The translations under genes were made by a program, and so were the position numbers. From an uncultured Prolixibacteraceae bacterium (GTDB lineage Bacteria > Bacteroidota > Bacteroidia > Bacteroidales > Prolixibacteraceae), in assembly GCA_964349885.1 (NCBI GenBank), contig CAYGIQ010000002.1, positions 1-45,252 of the forward strand: a stretch of DNA of 45,252 nucleotides, written 5' to 3'. Positions 1 to 9,974 of this stretch are shown in pieces; within the stretch, counting starts at the first letter, position 1; each line of letters opens with the position of its first letter. The notes beneath the pieces were generated by a model. The model ran no database searches and was not told the origin of the DNA. It was given only the letters and a program-made list of their open reading frames with translations.

Positions 1-179
1 TTTTTAACCCCAGGCATATCAAGAGATACAAAAAGTTTATCTTCTGCAAATTAGTCGTTTTTCGATTACCGATATTCAACTCTTTCATCAAAAAAATATG
101 CTATTTTAACTGCGTCTAACAAAAACGGTCTTTTTAATACTGTTTTTCTATTTAAACCATTAAGCAAACCCTTACTGCC

Positions 180-3100
180 ATGCCTCGTACCTACAAATCC
201 TGTTTCTGGGGAGTATTGCTCCTAATGCTCATTGTTTCTTGCCAAAGTCCTACCGGACAATATCCGGAAGGAGCCATAACCCGATTTGCCGACCTAGAAC
301 GCGAATTCCTGGCGCCACCTTCAGCCTATGGCACCATACCCTTCTTTGTTCTGAACGAAATTACCACTCCCGAAGGAATTGCCAGCAGGCTGGAAGATTT
401 TAAAGCCAAAGGTTGTGGCGGTGTTATCTTTCACCCTCGTCCCGGATTGGTGACCGAGTATGTCTCAGACGAATGGTACGAACTCTTCAGGTTTGCAGTA
501 GACAAGGGAAAAGAGCTGGGGATGGAGGTCTGGATATACGATGAGAACTCCTATCCAAGCGGTTTTGCCGGAGGTCATGTGCCGGCACAAATGCCCGAAT
601 CGTACAATCAGGGTCAGGGTCTGACGCCCGAAGATGCCACAACGGTTCCTGCCGACTACGATAAATACTATATGATTTTGAAAAAAACCGGTGAACATTT
701 TACCGATGTTACCCAAGATGCTGCCAGTGAAGTGGGTCAAGCCGGCCAATACATTCTGCTTACCAAAACTTTTTACCGCGTTTCAGGCTGGTTTGGGGGA
801 TTCTCCTATGTGGATATGCTCTATCCTGGGGTGACCGAAAAGTTTATCGAAGTAACCATGCCAGGGTATGAAAAGGTAGCAGGTGATGAATTTGGGAAGA
901 GCGTTCCGGGGCTTTTCACCGACGAACCTGAGATTAATACTCCCGGCGGCATCCGCTGGACACCAGACCTTTTTGAAGTTTTCGAATCCCATTGGGGTTA
1001 TGACCTGATTCCAATGCTTCCATCGCTATGGTCAGAAGAAGGCGATTGGAAGCGGGTTCGACACAACTATACGCAAACCCTTTTGCGCTTGTTCATCGAA
1101 CGCTACTCGATTCCCATGAGTGAATACCTTGCTTCGAAGAACCTCAAATTTACCGGACATTATTGGGAACATGGATGGCCTTCGATGCGACTTGGCGGCG
1201 ACAATATGGCCATGTATGCCTACCACGACCTGCCCGGAATCGATATGCTCTTCAACCAATTTAACGAAGTATCGCCCAATGCTCAGTTTGGAAACATCAG
1301 AGCGGTGAAGGAACTGGCCAGTGTGGCCAACCAATTTGGACGCCACCGCACCCTTAGCGAAACCTATGGAGGTGCTGGCTGGGAGATTACCTTCCGCGAT
1401 TTGAAAAGGCTTGGCGACTGGGAATATGCACTGGGTGTAAATCTTATGAACCAGCACCTTTCCTACTACTCCATAGCAGGTGCCAGAAAATACGATTACC
1501 CTCCTTCGTTTGCCGAACACAATCCGTGGTGGAAAAGTTATGGCTATCTTAACCACTATTATGCGCGACTTTCCCTGGCCCTCTCTTCAGGTCGTCAGGA
1601 AAATTCCATACTGGTAATCGAACCTACCACCTCAGCATGGCTTTATGACTCCTATCTTCCGTATGGTCGCAATGCGCAATTCACTGTTATTGGCACTGGT
1701 TTTCAGGCTTTTGTTACCCACCTCGAAAAGAGCAAGGTTGAGTATGATCTGGGCTCCGAAAACATCATCCACAACCACGGATCTGTCGATAAAGGAAAAT
1801 TCACAGTTGGCCGTAGCGCCTATTCTGTGGTGGTGATTCCTCCCGATACCGAGTCCCTTGACCAGACTACTTTCGAACTACTGAAAACATTCCTCCAAGC
1901 AGGCGGAAAGGTGGTAACGTTTTCTACTCCCGACAGAATTGACGGGGCTTTAAACGACGACATACAGCAGTTTTTTGCATCAGCACCCGCCAATCTAATT
2001 GCAGGCGATGCCGAAGATATTGACGCTTCATCCATTCATTTGCAAAGCGCAACCGTCAGATTTGAAATGAACCCAGGCGGCAACCTTTATCACCATAGAA
2101 GGGTTTTGGAGGATGGTCAGGTTATCTTCTTAGCCAATTCCAGCATGGAAGAGATTGCAAGCGGACAAATCATCACCCGCGGTGCAAAGGTTTTGGCTAT
2201 GAACGCTTTTACCGGCGAAATTTTTGAATATCCCGCAACCGGCGACGGGAAAGCCATCAGATTCGAATACGCTTTGCCTCCCGCAGAAAGTCTCCTCCTT
2301 TTTGTAGCATCGCGATCGTCAGGCAAATACCCTGCCCTTCCGGTTAAATCCGAAATGGAAATGGTATTTCCAATGGGCGAAACCATCATTTCTGCCGACT
2401 GGCCCAATGTGCTGCCCATCGACTTCGTGGATCTTGAAATTCAGGGTAAAAATTTGCGCGCACTGCATACCTATACAGCTGCCACCGAAGTATTCAAGGC
2501 CTATGGATTTGCCGAGGGCAACCCTTGGAGCCATCAGGTTCAATACCGGACTACCATACTCGACAAGGGCGATTTTGATGCCGAAAGTGGTTTTTCTGCC
2601 ACCTACCAGTTTACCATAGGGTCCGACTTCGACTTCAGCGGAATGCAGGCAGTGGTAGAACGACCCCACCTCTACCGAATTGCTTTTAACGGCACAGAAT
2701 TGTCGCCTATTGCAGGTGAGCAATGGATCGACGAATCGTTCGGTAAATTCGACATTGGAAACCTGGTTAAAGCTGGCGAGAACAGACTCACCCTTACCGC
2801 CAAACCCATGCACATCCATGCCGAAATTGAACCGGTTTATCTGCTGGGCAACTTCTCGGTTAAGCCGGCTCCCCGGGGTTGGACCGTAGAAGCCCCCGTT
2901 GAACAGCTCACAACTGGAAGCTGGAAGTCGCAGGGCTATCCATTCTATGCTTGGGATATTAGCTATTCGAAACAGTTCGACATATCCAATACCGACCAAG
3001 AATTTGCGGTAGCTCTGGGCAAATGGGAAGGAACCGTTGCCGAAGTGTATGTCAATGGCAGCCATGCCGGCACCATAGCCCTCAGAAGCGACGAGGTAAT

Positions 3101-3320
3101 TGTAACACCTTGGATTACTCCGGGCACAAACAGCGTAGAGGTCAAAATAACCGGTAGCCTTAAGAATACACTGGGGCCTCATCACAACAATCCGGCTCCC
3201 GGACTTACCAGCCCGTGGACCTGGAGGAATGTCACCAGTCAGGCACCAGGCGAAGCCTATCAGCTTCTTGACTATGGACTAATGACCGATTTCTACCTCA
3301 AGGAGGGTGGTGCCCGGTAG
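180..3320 (+). CDS. Large glycoside hydrolase lipoprotein, GH106 (alpha-L-rhamnosidase)-like, with C-terminal beta-sandwich domains
   Basis: 1046 aa ORF; lipobox LIVS-C; motifs FHPRPGL, WIYDENSYPSG, FTDEP, SETYG, GVNLMNQH typical of GH106-like proteins; C-terminal 'AEVYVNG...GTNSVEVKIT' sugar-binding-type domain. Substrate not determinable. Confidence 0.75.
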   Translation: MPRTYKSCFWGVLLLMLIVSCQSPTGQYPEGAITRFADLEREFLAPPSAYGTIPFFVLNEITTPEGIASRLEDFKAKGCGGVIFHPRPGLVTEYVSDEWYELFRFAVDKGKELGMEVWIYDENSYPSGFAGGHVPAQMPESYNQGQGLTPEDATTVPADYDKYYMILKKTGEHFTDVTQDAASEVGQAGQYILLTKTFYRVSGWFGGFSYVDMLYPGVTEKFIEVTMPGYEKVAGDEFGKSVPGLFTDEPEINTPGGIRWTPDLFEVFESHWGYDLIPMLPSLWSEEGDWKRVRHNYTQTLLRLFIERYSIPMSEYLASKNLKFTGHYWEHGWPSMRLGGDNMAMYAYHDLPGIDMLFNQFNEVSPNAQFGNIRAVKELASVANQFGRHRTLSETYGGAGWEITFRDLKRLGDWEYALGVNLMNQHLSYYSIAGARKYDYPPSFAEHNPWWKSYGYLNHYYARLSLALSSGRQENSILVIEPTTSAWLYDSYLPYGRNAQFTVIGTGFQAFVTHLEKSKVEYDLGSENIIHNHGSVDKGKFTVGRSAYSVVVIPPDTESLDQTTFELLKTFLQAGGKVVTFSTPDRIDGALNDDIQQFFASAPANLIAGDAEDIDASSIHLQSATVRFEMNPGGNLYHHRRVLEDGQVIFLANSSMEEIASGQIITRGAKVLAMNAFTGEIFEYPATGDGKAIRFEYALPPAESLLLFVASRSSGKYPALPVKSEMEMVFPMGETIISADWPNVLPIDFVDLEIQGKNLRALHTYTAATEVFKAYGFAEGNPWSHQVQYRTTILDKGDFDAESGFSATYQFTIGSDFDFSGMQAVVERPHLYRIAFNGTELSPIAGEQWIDESFGKFDIGNLVKAGENRLTLTAKPMHIHAEIEPVYLLGNFSVKPAPRGWTVEAPVEQLTTGSWKSQGYPFYAWDISYSKQFDISNTDQEFAVALGKWEGTVAEVYVNGSHAGTIALRSDEVIVTPWITPGTNSVEVKITGSLKNTLGPHHNNPAPGLTSPWTWRNVTSQAPGEAYQLLDYGLMTDFYLKEGGAR

Positions 3321-3329
3321 TTGTAAGTA

Positions 3330-3923
3330 CTATAATTCGCGGTAAAAGAGATCCCGGGCTTCGATTATCATACCGGGATTGTGCCCTTGAATGGCAAAAT
3401 GACCTTTTGTGTATTCACTGTCGGAGTGTGTCATCACCTTTTTACCGTTGATCCAGAAAGTGATGTTCGGACCCTGTGCCCTGATTCGGTAATCGAACCA
3501 CTCACCATCTTTGGTGAGCAGGCGCGATGCCTTGCCGGTAGGTGTTCCTGGTTTCCAAAGCCATCCGGTATATGCATCCTGATTGTGACAGATTTGGGCT
3601 TCATATCCTCGTGGATAGCCATCGGGGTTGTTCTCGGGAGGATTGGCCCGAAAGTAGAGTCCGCTGTTGCTCTTCTGTTCAAGGTCGGTTATCCGAAATT
3701 TCCCCTTGACTTCGAAATCGGTGGCGGTGGCCTCGGTGTAGATGTGCCCCATGCCCCCCATGCCAACCAGTATGCCATTGCTAACCGACCACTCGGCCTT
3801 GCCTCTTACAAACCAGCCATCAAGATTTTGTCCGTTGAAGAGCGAAGTCCATTTCGATTTTGCACTGCCACCTAAAGGCAACAAAAGCATGCCCAACAGG
3901 GCAATAAGAACCATTTTTTTCAT
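3330..3923 (-). CDS. DUF1080 (3-keto-disaccharide hydrolase family) exported protein
   Basis: 197 aa; signal peptide; SLFNGQNLDGW, NSGLYFR, GYEAQI, GHFAIQGH motifs characteristic of DUF1080. Confidence 0.88.
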   Translation of the reverse strand: MKKMVLIALLGMLLLPLGGSAKSKWTSLFNGQNLDGWFVRGKAEWSVSNGILVGMGGMGHIYTEATATDFEVKGKFRITDLEQKSNSGLYFRANPPENNPDGYPRGYEAQICHNQDAYTGWLWKPGTPTGKASRLLTKDGEWFDYRIRAQGPNITFWINGKKVMTHSDSEYTKGHFAIQGHNPGMIIEARDLFYREL

Positions 3924-3949
3924 GTGTCGTTTTTTATAGGTTTAATTGA

Positions 3950-5563
3950 TTAGCTCAACCAGATGTAGAGGAAGATGGTTGCCAGCGACAAAATAGCTAG
4001 GTGCAACCTCCAGTCGGTAATCCCTCTAAAGGGGGCAATGCCACCTTGGTAATTGATGGTGGTCTTTTCGAGTTTGGCAGGATCGGTTTTCTCCGTAAAC
4101 ATCGACACCCCAAACAGCACCCCGGTAATGATGATTTCGGCCCATAGACCGCGGTATCCAAAGTTGAAGGTAAGTTTATGGTGCAAAAATGGGAAGATCT
4201 GTTTCCCGGTTTCGGGCCCCAGCAGCTGATCGGTAACGAAGATGGTGGCCAGAACAATCCCTACCAACACCGAAGCTATTGCGCCTTTTAGGGTTACCCG
4301 TTTGCTGACGATACCAAAAAAGATGGCAGGAAAAACGGGGATTACCAGATAAGCGGTAATGGTTTGCAAATATTTGTACAAACCTTCTTCGTTTTTATAT
4401 ACCAGCCATGTGGCCCCAATACCCAGCAGGGTAACCACCACAATGACCATACGCCCAAAAGCTACCTGACGTTTTTCGGGCACCAAAGGGTTGAACTCAA
4501 GAATAAAGTCGCGCACTACCAGTGTCGACACCGAATTCAGAACCGCAATAAGAGAGGTTATAAGAGCTGCCATAAGGGAAGCCAGCATCAGACCTCGAAA
4601 ACCGGCTGGCAGCAGCTTGTTCAACAACAAAACAAAAGTTTGTTTGGTCTCCTCTCCCTGCAATTCGCCGGGGAATAGAGCAAAGGCTATCACTCCCGGA
4701 AGGGCAAACAGAAACACCGGAAGCAGTTTCAACGAAACGGCGAACATGGCACCCCAGCGGGCATGATCGAGGTTTTTGGCGGCCAGGGTACGCTGTACAT
4801 TTACCTGATCGATTCCCCAATAGAAAATTCCGGCATAGAACGCTGTTGCCAGAATGCCCCAGAAGGGATAAACCGGATCATCGTAGGGTTTGGCAATCGA
4901 CATCATATCTGGAGCCTTTTCCATAAGGCCGCCCCAGCCACCTACCTGATCGAGACCAATAAACAGCATAATGGCCGAACCGAAGATCAAAATTACGACC
5001 TGGATTACATCGGTATAGGCTACGGCTGTAAAGCCGCCTAGGATGGTAAAAATAGCCACTGCAATACCAATGTAAATAACGGTCGACATCACATTCCAAC
5101 CCATTATACTGTTCATTACCAGTGCTCCGGCGAATAGGGTAAAGGCGAGTTTGGTCATAACGCTTATTACCAGCATCAAACCCGAAAAAAAGGTGCGGGC
5201 ATGGCGGTTGTATCTAATTTGCAAAAACTCGGGAATGGTGTAGATCTTATTTTTCATGTAATAGGGAAAAAGAATCGCACTGGCGAATCCCAAGGTAATG
5301 GCAGTAGTGAGTTCCACCGATCCAGCCGACAAGCCATAGCGGTATGAGTCGCCCGAAAGACCCACCAGATGTTCGGCACCGATATTGGTGGCAAACAAAG
5401 AGGCGCCAACAACAGGCCATTTAATAGAACGGCCTCCCAGAAAGAAATTGGTACTGTTCTGGCCTGCCTTTTTGCGGTAAGCCATATAGAGCCCAAACGA
5501 CAAACTTCCGATCATCACTACCGAGAGTACGACCCAATCGAGGTTGGTTAAGGTTAAATTCAT
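3950..5563 (-). CDS. Sodium:solute symporter (SSS/SLC5, sugar-type)
   Basis: 537 aa, many hydrophobic segments; FFLGGRS, ASLFATNIGAEHLVGLSG, TIPEFL, GGFTAVAYTDVIQ, DQVNVQRTLAAK motifs. Confidence 0.93.
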   Translation of the reverse strand: MNLTLTNLDWVVLSVVMIGSLSFGLYMAYRKKAGQNSTNFFLGGRSIKWPVVGASLFATNIGAEHLVGLSGDSYRYGLSAGSVELTTAITLGFASAILFPYYMKNKIYTIPEFLQIRYNRHARTFFSGLMLVISVMTKLAFTLFAGALVMNSIMGWNVMSTVIYIGIAVAIFTILGGFTAVAYTDVIQVVILIFGSAIMLFIGLDQVGGWGGLMEKAPDMMSIAKPYDDPVYPFWGILATAFYAGIFYWGIDQVNVQRTLAAKNLDHARWGAMFAVSLKLLPVFLFALPGVIAFALFPGELQGEETKQTFVLLLNKLLPAGFRGLMLASLMAALITSLIAVLNSVSTLVVRDFILEFNPLVPEKRQVAFGRMVIVVVTLLGIGATWLVYKNEEGLYKYLQTITAYLVIPVFPAIFFGIVSKRVTLKGAIASVLVGIVLATIFVTDQLLGPETGKQIFPFLHHKLTFNFGYRGLWAEIIITGVLFGVSMFTEKTDPAKLEKTTINYQGGIAPFRGITDWRLHLAILSLATIFLYIWLS

Positions 5564-5611
5564 AATGATTGTTTAGGATTGTATATTGGTTACAGGATAT
5601 GCAGAAAACGT

Positions 5612-6883
5612 TTACATTTTTTCGGTAAGTGCATTCATTCTGGTTATGCTTTGAATCATAGATCGGACGGTATGGTAGTTAATTTTCCAGGAGTGGCCCA
5701 TATGGGTCCAGATGGGTTCCCCCCTTCTGGTCAGCAGTGGATACCACTCGCCCACCCCTTTATTGATGACCTTATCGAACACAAAACGGTGTACGTTTTT
5801 ATAGGCATCTAGGTATTTACGTTCGCCAAACAGATCTACAGCATCGAGAAGTCCTATCAAAACCTCAGCTTGCTGCCAAAACTCCTTTTCCCTGTCGTAG
5901 ACACCGCCCGAATGGGGCCCTTCAACAAAAACGCCCCCAAACTCCTCATCGATTCCATGGTCGATGGTATGGTTGTAAATGGTTCTAAACAATTCCAGAT
6001 AAGGTTGCCGATCCTTTTTCAGAATGGTTAAGGCATGCAGCAGCAACCAGGCAAATTCGGCATTGTGACCATAACAGGTGTTGTCGGTGGCATTTCCCTT
6101 TTGTCCCTCTTCCGAAAACCTATCCCACCCCCAGATGATGTCGAATTTTATTTGCGGAGCAACGGACCAGTCGCCAAAAAACTGCGGAATACCGGTTTTG
6201 TATTTGGGGTGAATAATACGGTTTAACAAGATCTCCATAACTTCAAGAAGCTTCCTGCGATGCACCTCTTTTCCGGTAGCTTCGTACAGCGTAGTAAATG
6301 CCTCCATGAGATGCATATGCACATCGAGGGTTTTCCGATCGCCGCCTTTACTGCCGGGCCCACAAAGGGTCCAGTCGCGCTGCAACATTTCCCAATATCC
6401 TCCAAACATGGTGTCGGCACAATATTTCTGAAGCAGGTCGAAAACCTTTTCGGCATACTCCACTCCCCTGTTATCGCCGGTGGCCAGAGTGTATTCACTC
6501 AATGCGTAGATCGCAAAACTGTGTCCATAAATGATTTTCTGATCGATCTTTACCTCACCCTTTCGGTTAAGCATCCAGTAAAAACCTCCATTTTGATGAT
6601 CCCACATTTTGTTGAGGATAAAATCGGCACCATGTCGCGCCAATGAAGCATACGATCCTTCGCCATACCCAGCACGATGGGCCGATGCAATGGTATAGAG
6701 GCATCGTGTTTGGGCAATAAGTGATTTCTCATCCTCTCCGGTATCGTTGCCCTGTTCATCGAAATGGGTAATGTAGCCACCGTGAAGATCGTCGCGCATT
6801 CTGCTGGTCCAGAAAGGCAAAAGCTCTTTTGTTAAGTGGAACTCGGCTTCGCTTCTAAGCTGTATAATTTCGTTCAGGTTCAT
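5612..6883 (-). CDS. AGE-family sugar epimerase/isomerase (cellobiose 2-epimerase-like)
   Basis: ELLPFW, QTRCLY, YGHSFAIYALSEY, HMHLMEA, YGHNAEFAWL, FWQQAE, WKINYH motifs; ATG at 6883 preferred over the TTG at 6895. Confidence 0.88.
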   Translation of the reverse strand: MNLNEIIQLRSEAEFHLTKELLPFWTSRMRDDLHGGYITHFDEQGNDTGEDEKSLIAQTRCLYTIASAHRAGYGEGSYASLARHGADFILNKMWDHQNGGFYWMLNRKGEVKIDQKIIYGHSFAIYALSEYTLATGDNRGVEYAEKVFDLLQKYCADTMFGGYWEMLQRDWTLCGPGSKGGDRKTLDVHMHLMEAFTTLYEATGKEVHRRKLLEVMEILLNRIIHPKYKTGIPQFFGDWSVAPQIKFDIIWGWDRFSEEGQKGNATDNTCYGHNAEFAWLLLHALTILKKDRQPYLELFRTIYNHTIDHGIDEEFGGVFVEGPHSGGVYDREKEFWQQAEVLIGLLDAVDLFGERKYLDAYKNVHRFVFDKVINKGVGEWYPLLTRRGEPIWTHMGHSWKINYHTVRSMIQSITRMNALTEKM

Positions 6884-6926
6884 ATTAATTCTCAATAGTT
6901 TTCCAAAAACAATAATTTACAAACGG

Positions 6927-8030
6927 TTACGACAATTCCTGATAGAGGGCAAGCAGAAAATCGCGGTTGTCGGCCGATAGATAATGCATCTCACCCCCCA
7001 TACGGTTAAAGGTTTTACAATACCGGAGATAGTAGGCTGGATTATCTTGAGGAGGTTCACCATTCTTTGCCCAATCCCAATCAGCCTTTGCCAGATCCAC
7101 CACCAGCATAAAATGGTTATCGATGTGACCACCCTGCTGAATTTCGAGATTTTGCGACATGGAGAGGGCCTTTTCAAAAATCATGGGCGACATAACCGCC
7201 GACCCAATCGACATATAAACACCATTCTCCAGTCTGGCAACACTCTGGGTAAAGCTCAGAAAATCGTTAAGTGCTGTGCGTCCGAGCGCAGCTCCATGGT
7301 TCATTGGGTGGTTGTAGATGATATCGTGGCCTATCATGGGATGACCTGTAAATGGTATCCCCAGCGCATAGGCCTTCCCTTGGGCCGAATAGGCCTTGAA
7401 GGGATGGGGCACCGACATAAAACCAGCAGGAAGTTCAAACCGTTGGATCACCGAAAGGAGGTCGAGGGCAGCAGCTGCCCGATCGGGATGAACGGGAGAA
7501 TTTTCGCGCGAAAAATCAAGTATTTGGCTCGATGAAGGGATATCGAGCCCTTCGCGATGGATCATCTTGCCTACCGATTCCCCATATCCCAAACCTTCGA
7601 AAGCGCCCACGATCAGGGCAAGATTGATGTAGTATCCGGTTTCGTTCCAGATACCGAACTGTCCGTGGTGTACATTTTCGCGTACATCCTCGCTCGACAA
7701 TCCCTGAAAGGCAAATTCCCAGTCGTGAATGATTCCGGCACCATTGGTGGCGAGGTGGGTAATCCAACCCTCTTCCATCAGTCGAATCAAGGTAGGCGAC
7801 ATCCCATTTTTGATGGTATGGGCACCAAAGGCCAGCATAACTGAGCGTTGTTGAGCACGGGCCTTGCGAATGCGTTCGGCAGTAACGGCCACAAGGGCCT
7901 TTCCCCTGTCGCCTAGGTTCTGTGGTGGCTGATCGGGGGCAATCTGATCGCGCTCGATGTTCACCTTGTTTTTACGCTCCCGCAGACTTAATATTTTCAA
8001 CCTGCTTCGATCGAAGGATGCATGTGGCAT
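6927..8030 (-). CDS. Uncharacterised deoxyhypusine-synthase-like (DHS-like NAD-binding fold) protein
   Basis: 367 aa; LAFGAHTIKNG, HLATNGAGIIHDWE, IGSAVMSPMIFEKALS resemble the bacterial DHS-like family; 10 bp downstream of the kinase-HAD gene. Confidence 0.6.
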   Translation of the reverse strand: MPHASFDRSRLKILSLRERKNKVNIERDQIAPDQPPQNLGDRGKALVAVTAERIRKARAQQRSVMLAFGAHTIKNGMSPTLIRLMEEGWITHLATNGAGIIHDWEFAFQGLSSEDVRENVHHGQFGIWNETGYYINLALIVGAFEGLGYGESVGKMIHREGLDIPSSSQILDFSRENSPVHPDRAAAALDLLSVIQRFELPAGFMSVPHPFKAYSAQGKAYALGIPFTGHPMIGHDIIYNHPMNHGAALGRTALNDFLSFTQSVARLENGVYMSIGSAVMSPMIFEKALSMSQNLEIQQGGHIDNHFMLVVDLAKADWDWAKNGEPPQDNPAYYLRYCKTFNRMGGEMHYLSADNRDFLLALYQELS

Positions 8031-8040
8031 GGCCGTTGCG

Positions 8041-9939
8041 TTAAATGTTGAGGTATTTAAGAAGCGCTGACAATTGCGTGAAATCGGATACTACAAGGTC
8101 GGCACCTGCCTGAATAAGGCGGGTACGCTTTTGAATATTCAGTCCGTACCGTTTGATTTCGTTACTGGCTACCCCCACGGAAATTCCACCGCGCTTCCGT
8201 GTTTCCCTGATTTCCACCGGACCATCGCCAAAAGTAACAACCCGGCCATGGCCTGAGGTGCCGATGGTGTCGAGAATCTTATCGAGCACCTCCTTTTTGG
8301 CCTCGCGGGTAACATCGCCTACTGCTCCGAATATTCGGCCGGCAAACAAAGCGTCGTACCCCAGCAGACTGGCTTCATGTTCTACATCGGCCTGGTCGGT
8401 GCCACTTGCAAGGTAGAGCTTTACCCCGGCAATATGGAGTGCATGCAGGAGCTCTACACTGTTCTTAACCGTAACATCGGTGAGCGTTAACTCACCCCTT
8501 TCGAACTTCCTTTCACGCTCGCGCACCATGTCCAGCAAGGCCTCATTATAGATGGCCTTGTAACCAAATTCATCCAGAATATCCGGTTCAGCTACAATGC
8601 CAAATTCCCTTATTAGCTGTATAAGTCCCTGCATTTGAACAAGCGTCTGAATTCCGGTGGTCTTATCGATGAATTCATGTACCCGTTTTCTGACCTTACT
8701 GAACAACTCCTCCCCGGCAGTATTGTATTGTTTTCCAAGGATCGCCTTCATCATGACTGGAGTCATTATCAGCTCCCAGCCCTCGCGAAGGGTAGAGATG
8801 GTGCCATCGTGGTCGAATATCGCATGGGTGATAGGCGCTTCAGGATCGAGAACCCTTACCACCTCAATTTCGGTATGTGGATGGTACATAGCCCGGCGCA
8901 GGTCGGCAGCCAGCTCGGGTTCATAAATAAAATCGGGATCCGCACCCAAAGCGAGGATCTCTTCGGGTGTAGCAGTGCCACACTGAAACAATTTCTGAAC
9001 GGTAACCCCTGCGGTATAGGCACCTATGGTTGCAGCAACATCCATGGGGTAGCGCGCTGCCAAGGCAGAAGCCACACCCGCCAGATAGCTGTCGCCTGCT
9101 CCCACGGTATCAATGCGCGAAAGAATCATTAGTCCGGGAAGCTCTGCCACTCCTTGGTGGTCGATAAACATTGACCCCCTGCTTCCACGTGTTATGTAAA
9201 GGGGTTTTTCATATTTTTTATAGAGCAGCTCTGCGGCCTTCCTAACCTCCTCAGCTGTTAGTGCTGCCAGCCTATCACTATCCATGCCGCACAAACGGGC
9301 AGCCTCATCGTCGTTCATTTTACGCCATGCGCCCGGATACTCGTCGCCGTAGTTTCGGCTGTCGACAATAAAAATCTTATCTGGAAATATCGCCATCACT
9401 TCAGCCAACTGGTTCCTGAAATATGGGGTATGGATCCCAGACATAACCTGTTGGTTGATGATGATGAGATCGACTAGGGGAATGGTTTGCCGGAAGTTTT
9501 CGATGAGTCTGTCGGCAGTTTCAACCGACAATAGGTTGAAATTTCCAAAATCAATCCGATTGCTTTCGGTATCGCCCAGGTAGGGCTTGGCATACACATG
9601 GGTATACCATTCTTCCTCTTGGACCTGCAGGTGATCGGTATTGATACCGCTTTGCTGCATAATTCTGACCATTTCGCGGCCAAATGGATCGGTTCCAATC
9701 ACTCCAAAAGCCCTTATCTCCTTTACCCCTAAAGCAGCCAGGTTGTTGGTTACGTTCCCGGCACCCCCTGGCGAATAGGCTTGCCTTGCCACCGGACGGG
9801 TCATCAAACCGGTCTCGACCGACAATTCGCTTTTTGATTCGTCGACAAACCAGTAGGCGTCGAGGCAAAAATCGCCAATTACGGCAATCCTTGCCTGAGC
9901 TATGTCGTTTAGTATCTTTTTTAGTTTCTCAAGCTTCAT
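8041..9939 (-). CDS. Fusion of a PfkB-family HldE/RfaE-type heptose-phosphate kinase domain and a C-terminal HAD hydrolase
   Basis: N-terminal IAVIGDFCLDAY, PGGAGNVTNNLAALG, DTVGAGDSY match the RfaE domain I pattern; C-terminal HAD motifs FDHDGT, LASGT, FGDGPVE; no cytidylyltransferase-type HxGH motif seen. Confidence 0.85.
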   Translation of the reverse strand: MKLEKLKKILNDIAQARIAVIGDFCLDAYWFVDESKSELSVETGLMTRPVARQAYSPGGAGNVTNNLAALGVKEIRAFGVIGTDPFGREMVRIMQQSGINTDHLQVQEEEWYTHVYAKPYLGDTESNRIDFGNFNLLSVETADRLIENFRQTIPLVDLIIINQQVMSGIHTPYFRNQLAEVMAIFPDKIFIVDSRNYGDEYPGAWRKMNDDEAARLCGMDSDRLAALTAEEVRKAAELLYKKYEKPLYITRGSRGSMFIDHQGVAELPGLMILSRIDTVGAGDSYLAGVASALAARYPMDVAATIGAYTAGVTVQKLFQCGTATPEEILALGADPDFIYEPELAADLRRAMYHPHTEIEVVRVLDPEAPITHAIFDHDGTISTLREGWELIMTPVMMKAILGKQYNTAGEELFSKVRKRVHEFIDKTTGIQTLVQMQGLIQLIREFGIVAEPDILDEFGYKAIYNEALLDMVRERERKFERGELTLTDVTVKNSVELLHALHIAGVKLYLASGTDQADVEHEASLLGYDALFAGRIFGAVGDVTREAKKEVLDKILDTIGTSGHGRVVTFGDGPVEIRETRKRGGISVGVASNEIKRYGLNIQKRTRLIQAGADLVVSDFTQLSALLKYLNI

Positions 9940-9974
9940 TGTCTTGGTATTAATTCTGTCAAAAATGGGAATTA

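Noticed and set aside
1..179. Promoter elements upstream of the GH106-like gene
   Set aside because: AT-rich with only near-matches to TAnnTTTG; nothing specific enough to call.
2319..3185. 288-aa antisense ORF and the many other short alternative-frame ORFs (e.g. 30812-31543, 33678-34430)
   Set aside because: They lie within well-supported genes, show no recognisable motifs, and are expected shadow ORFs.
6927..8030. True deoxyhypusine or homospermidine synthase
   Set aside because: Only fold-level resemblance, and the context has no polyamine or EF-P genes.
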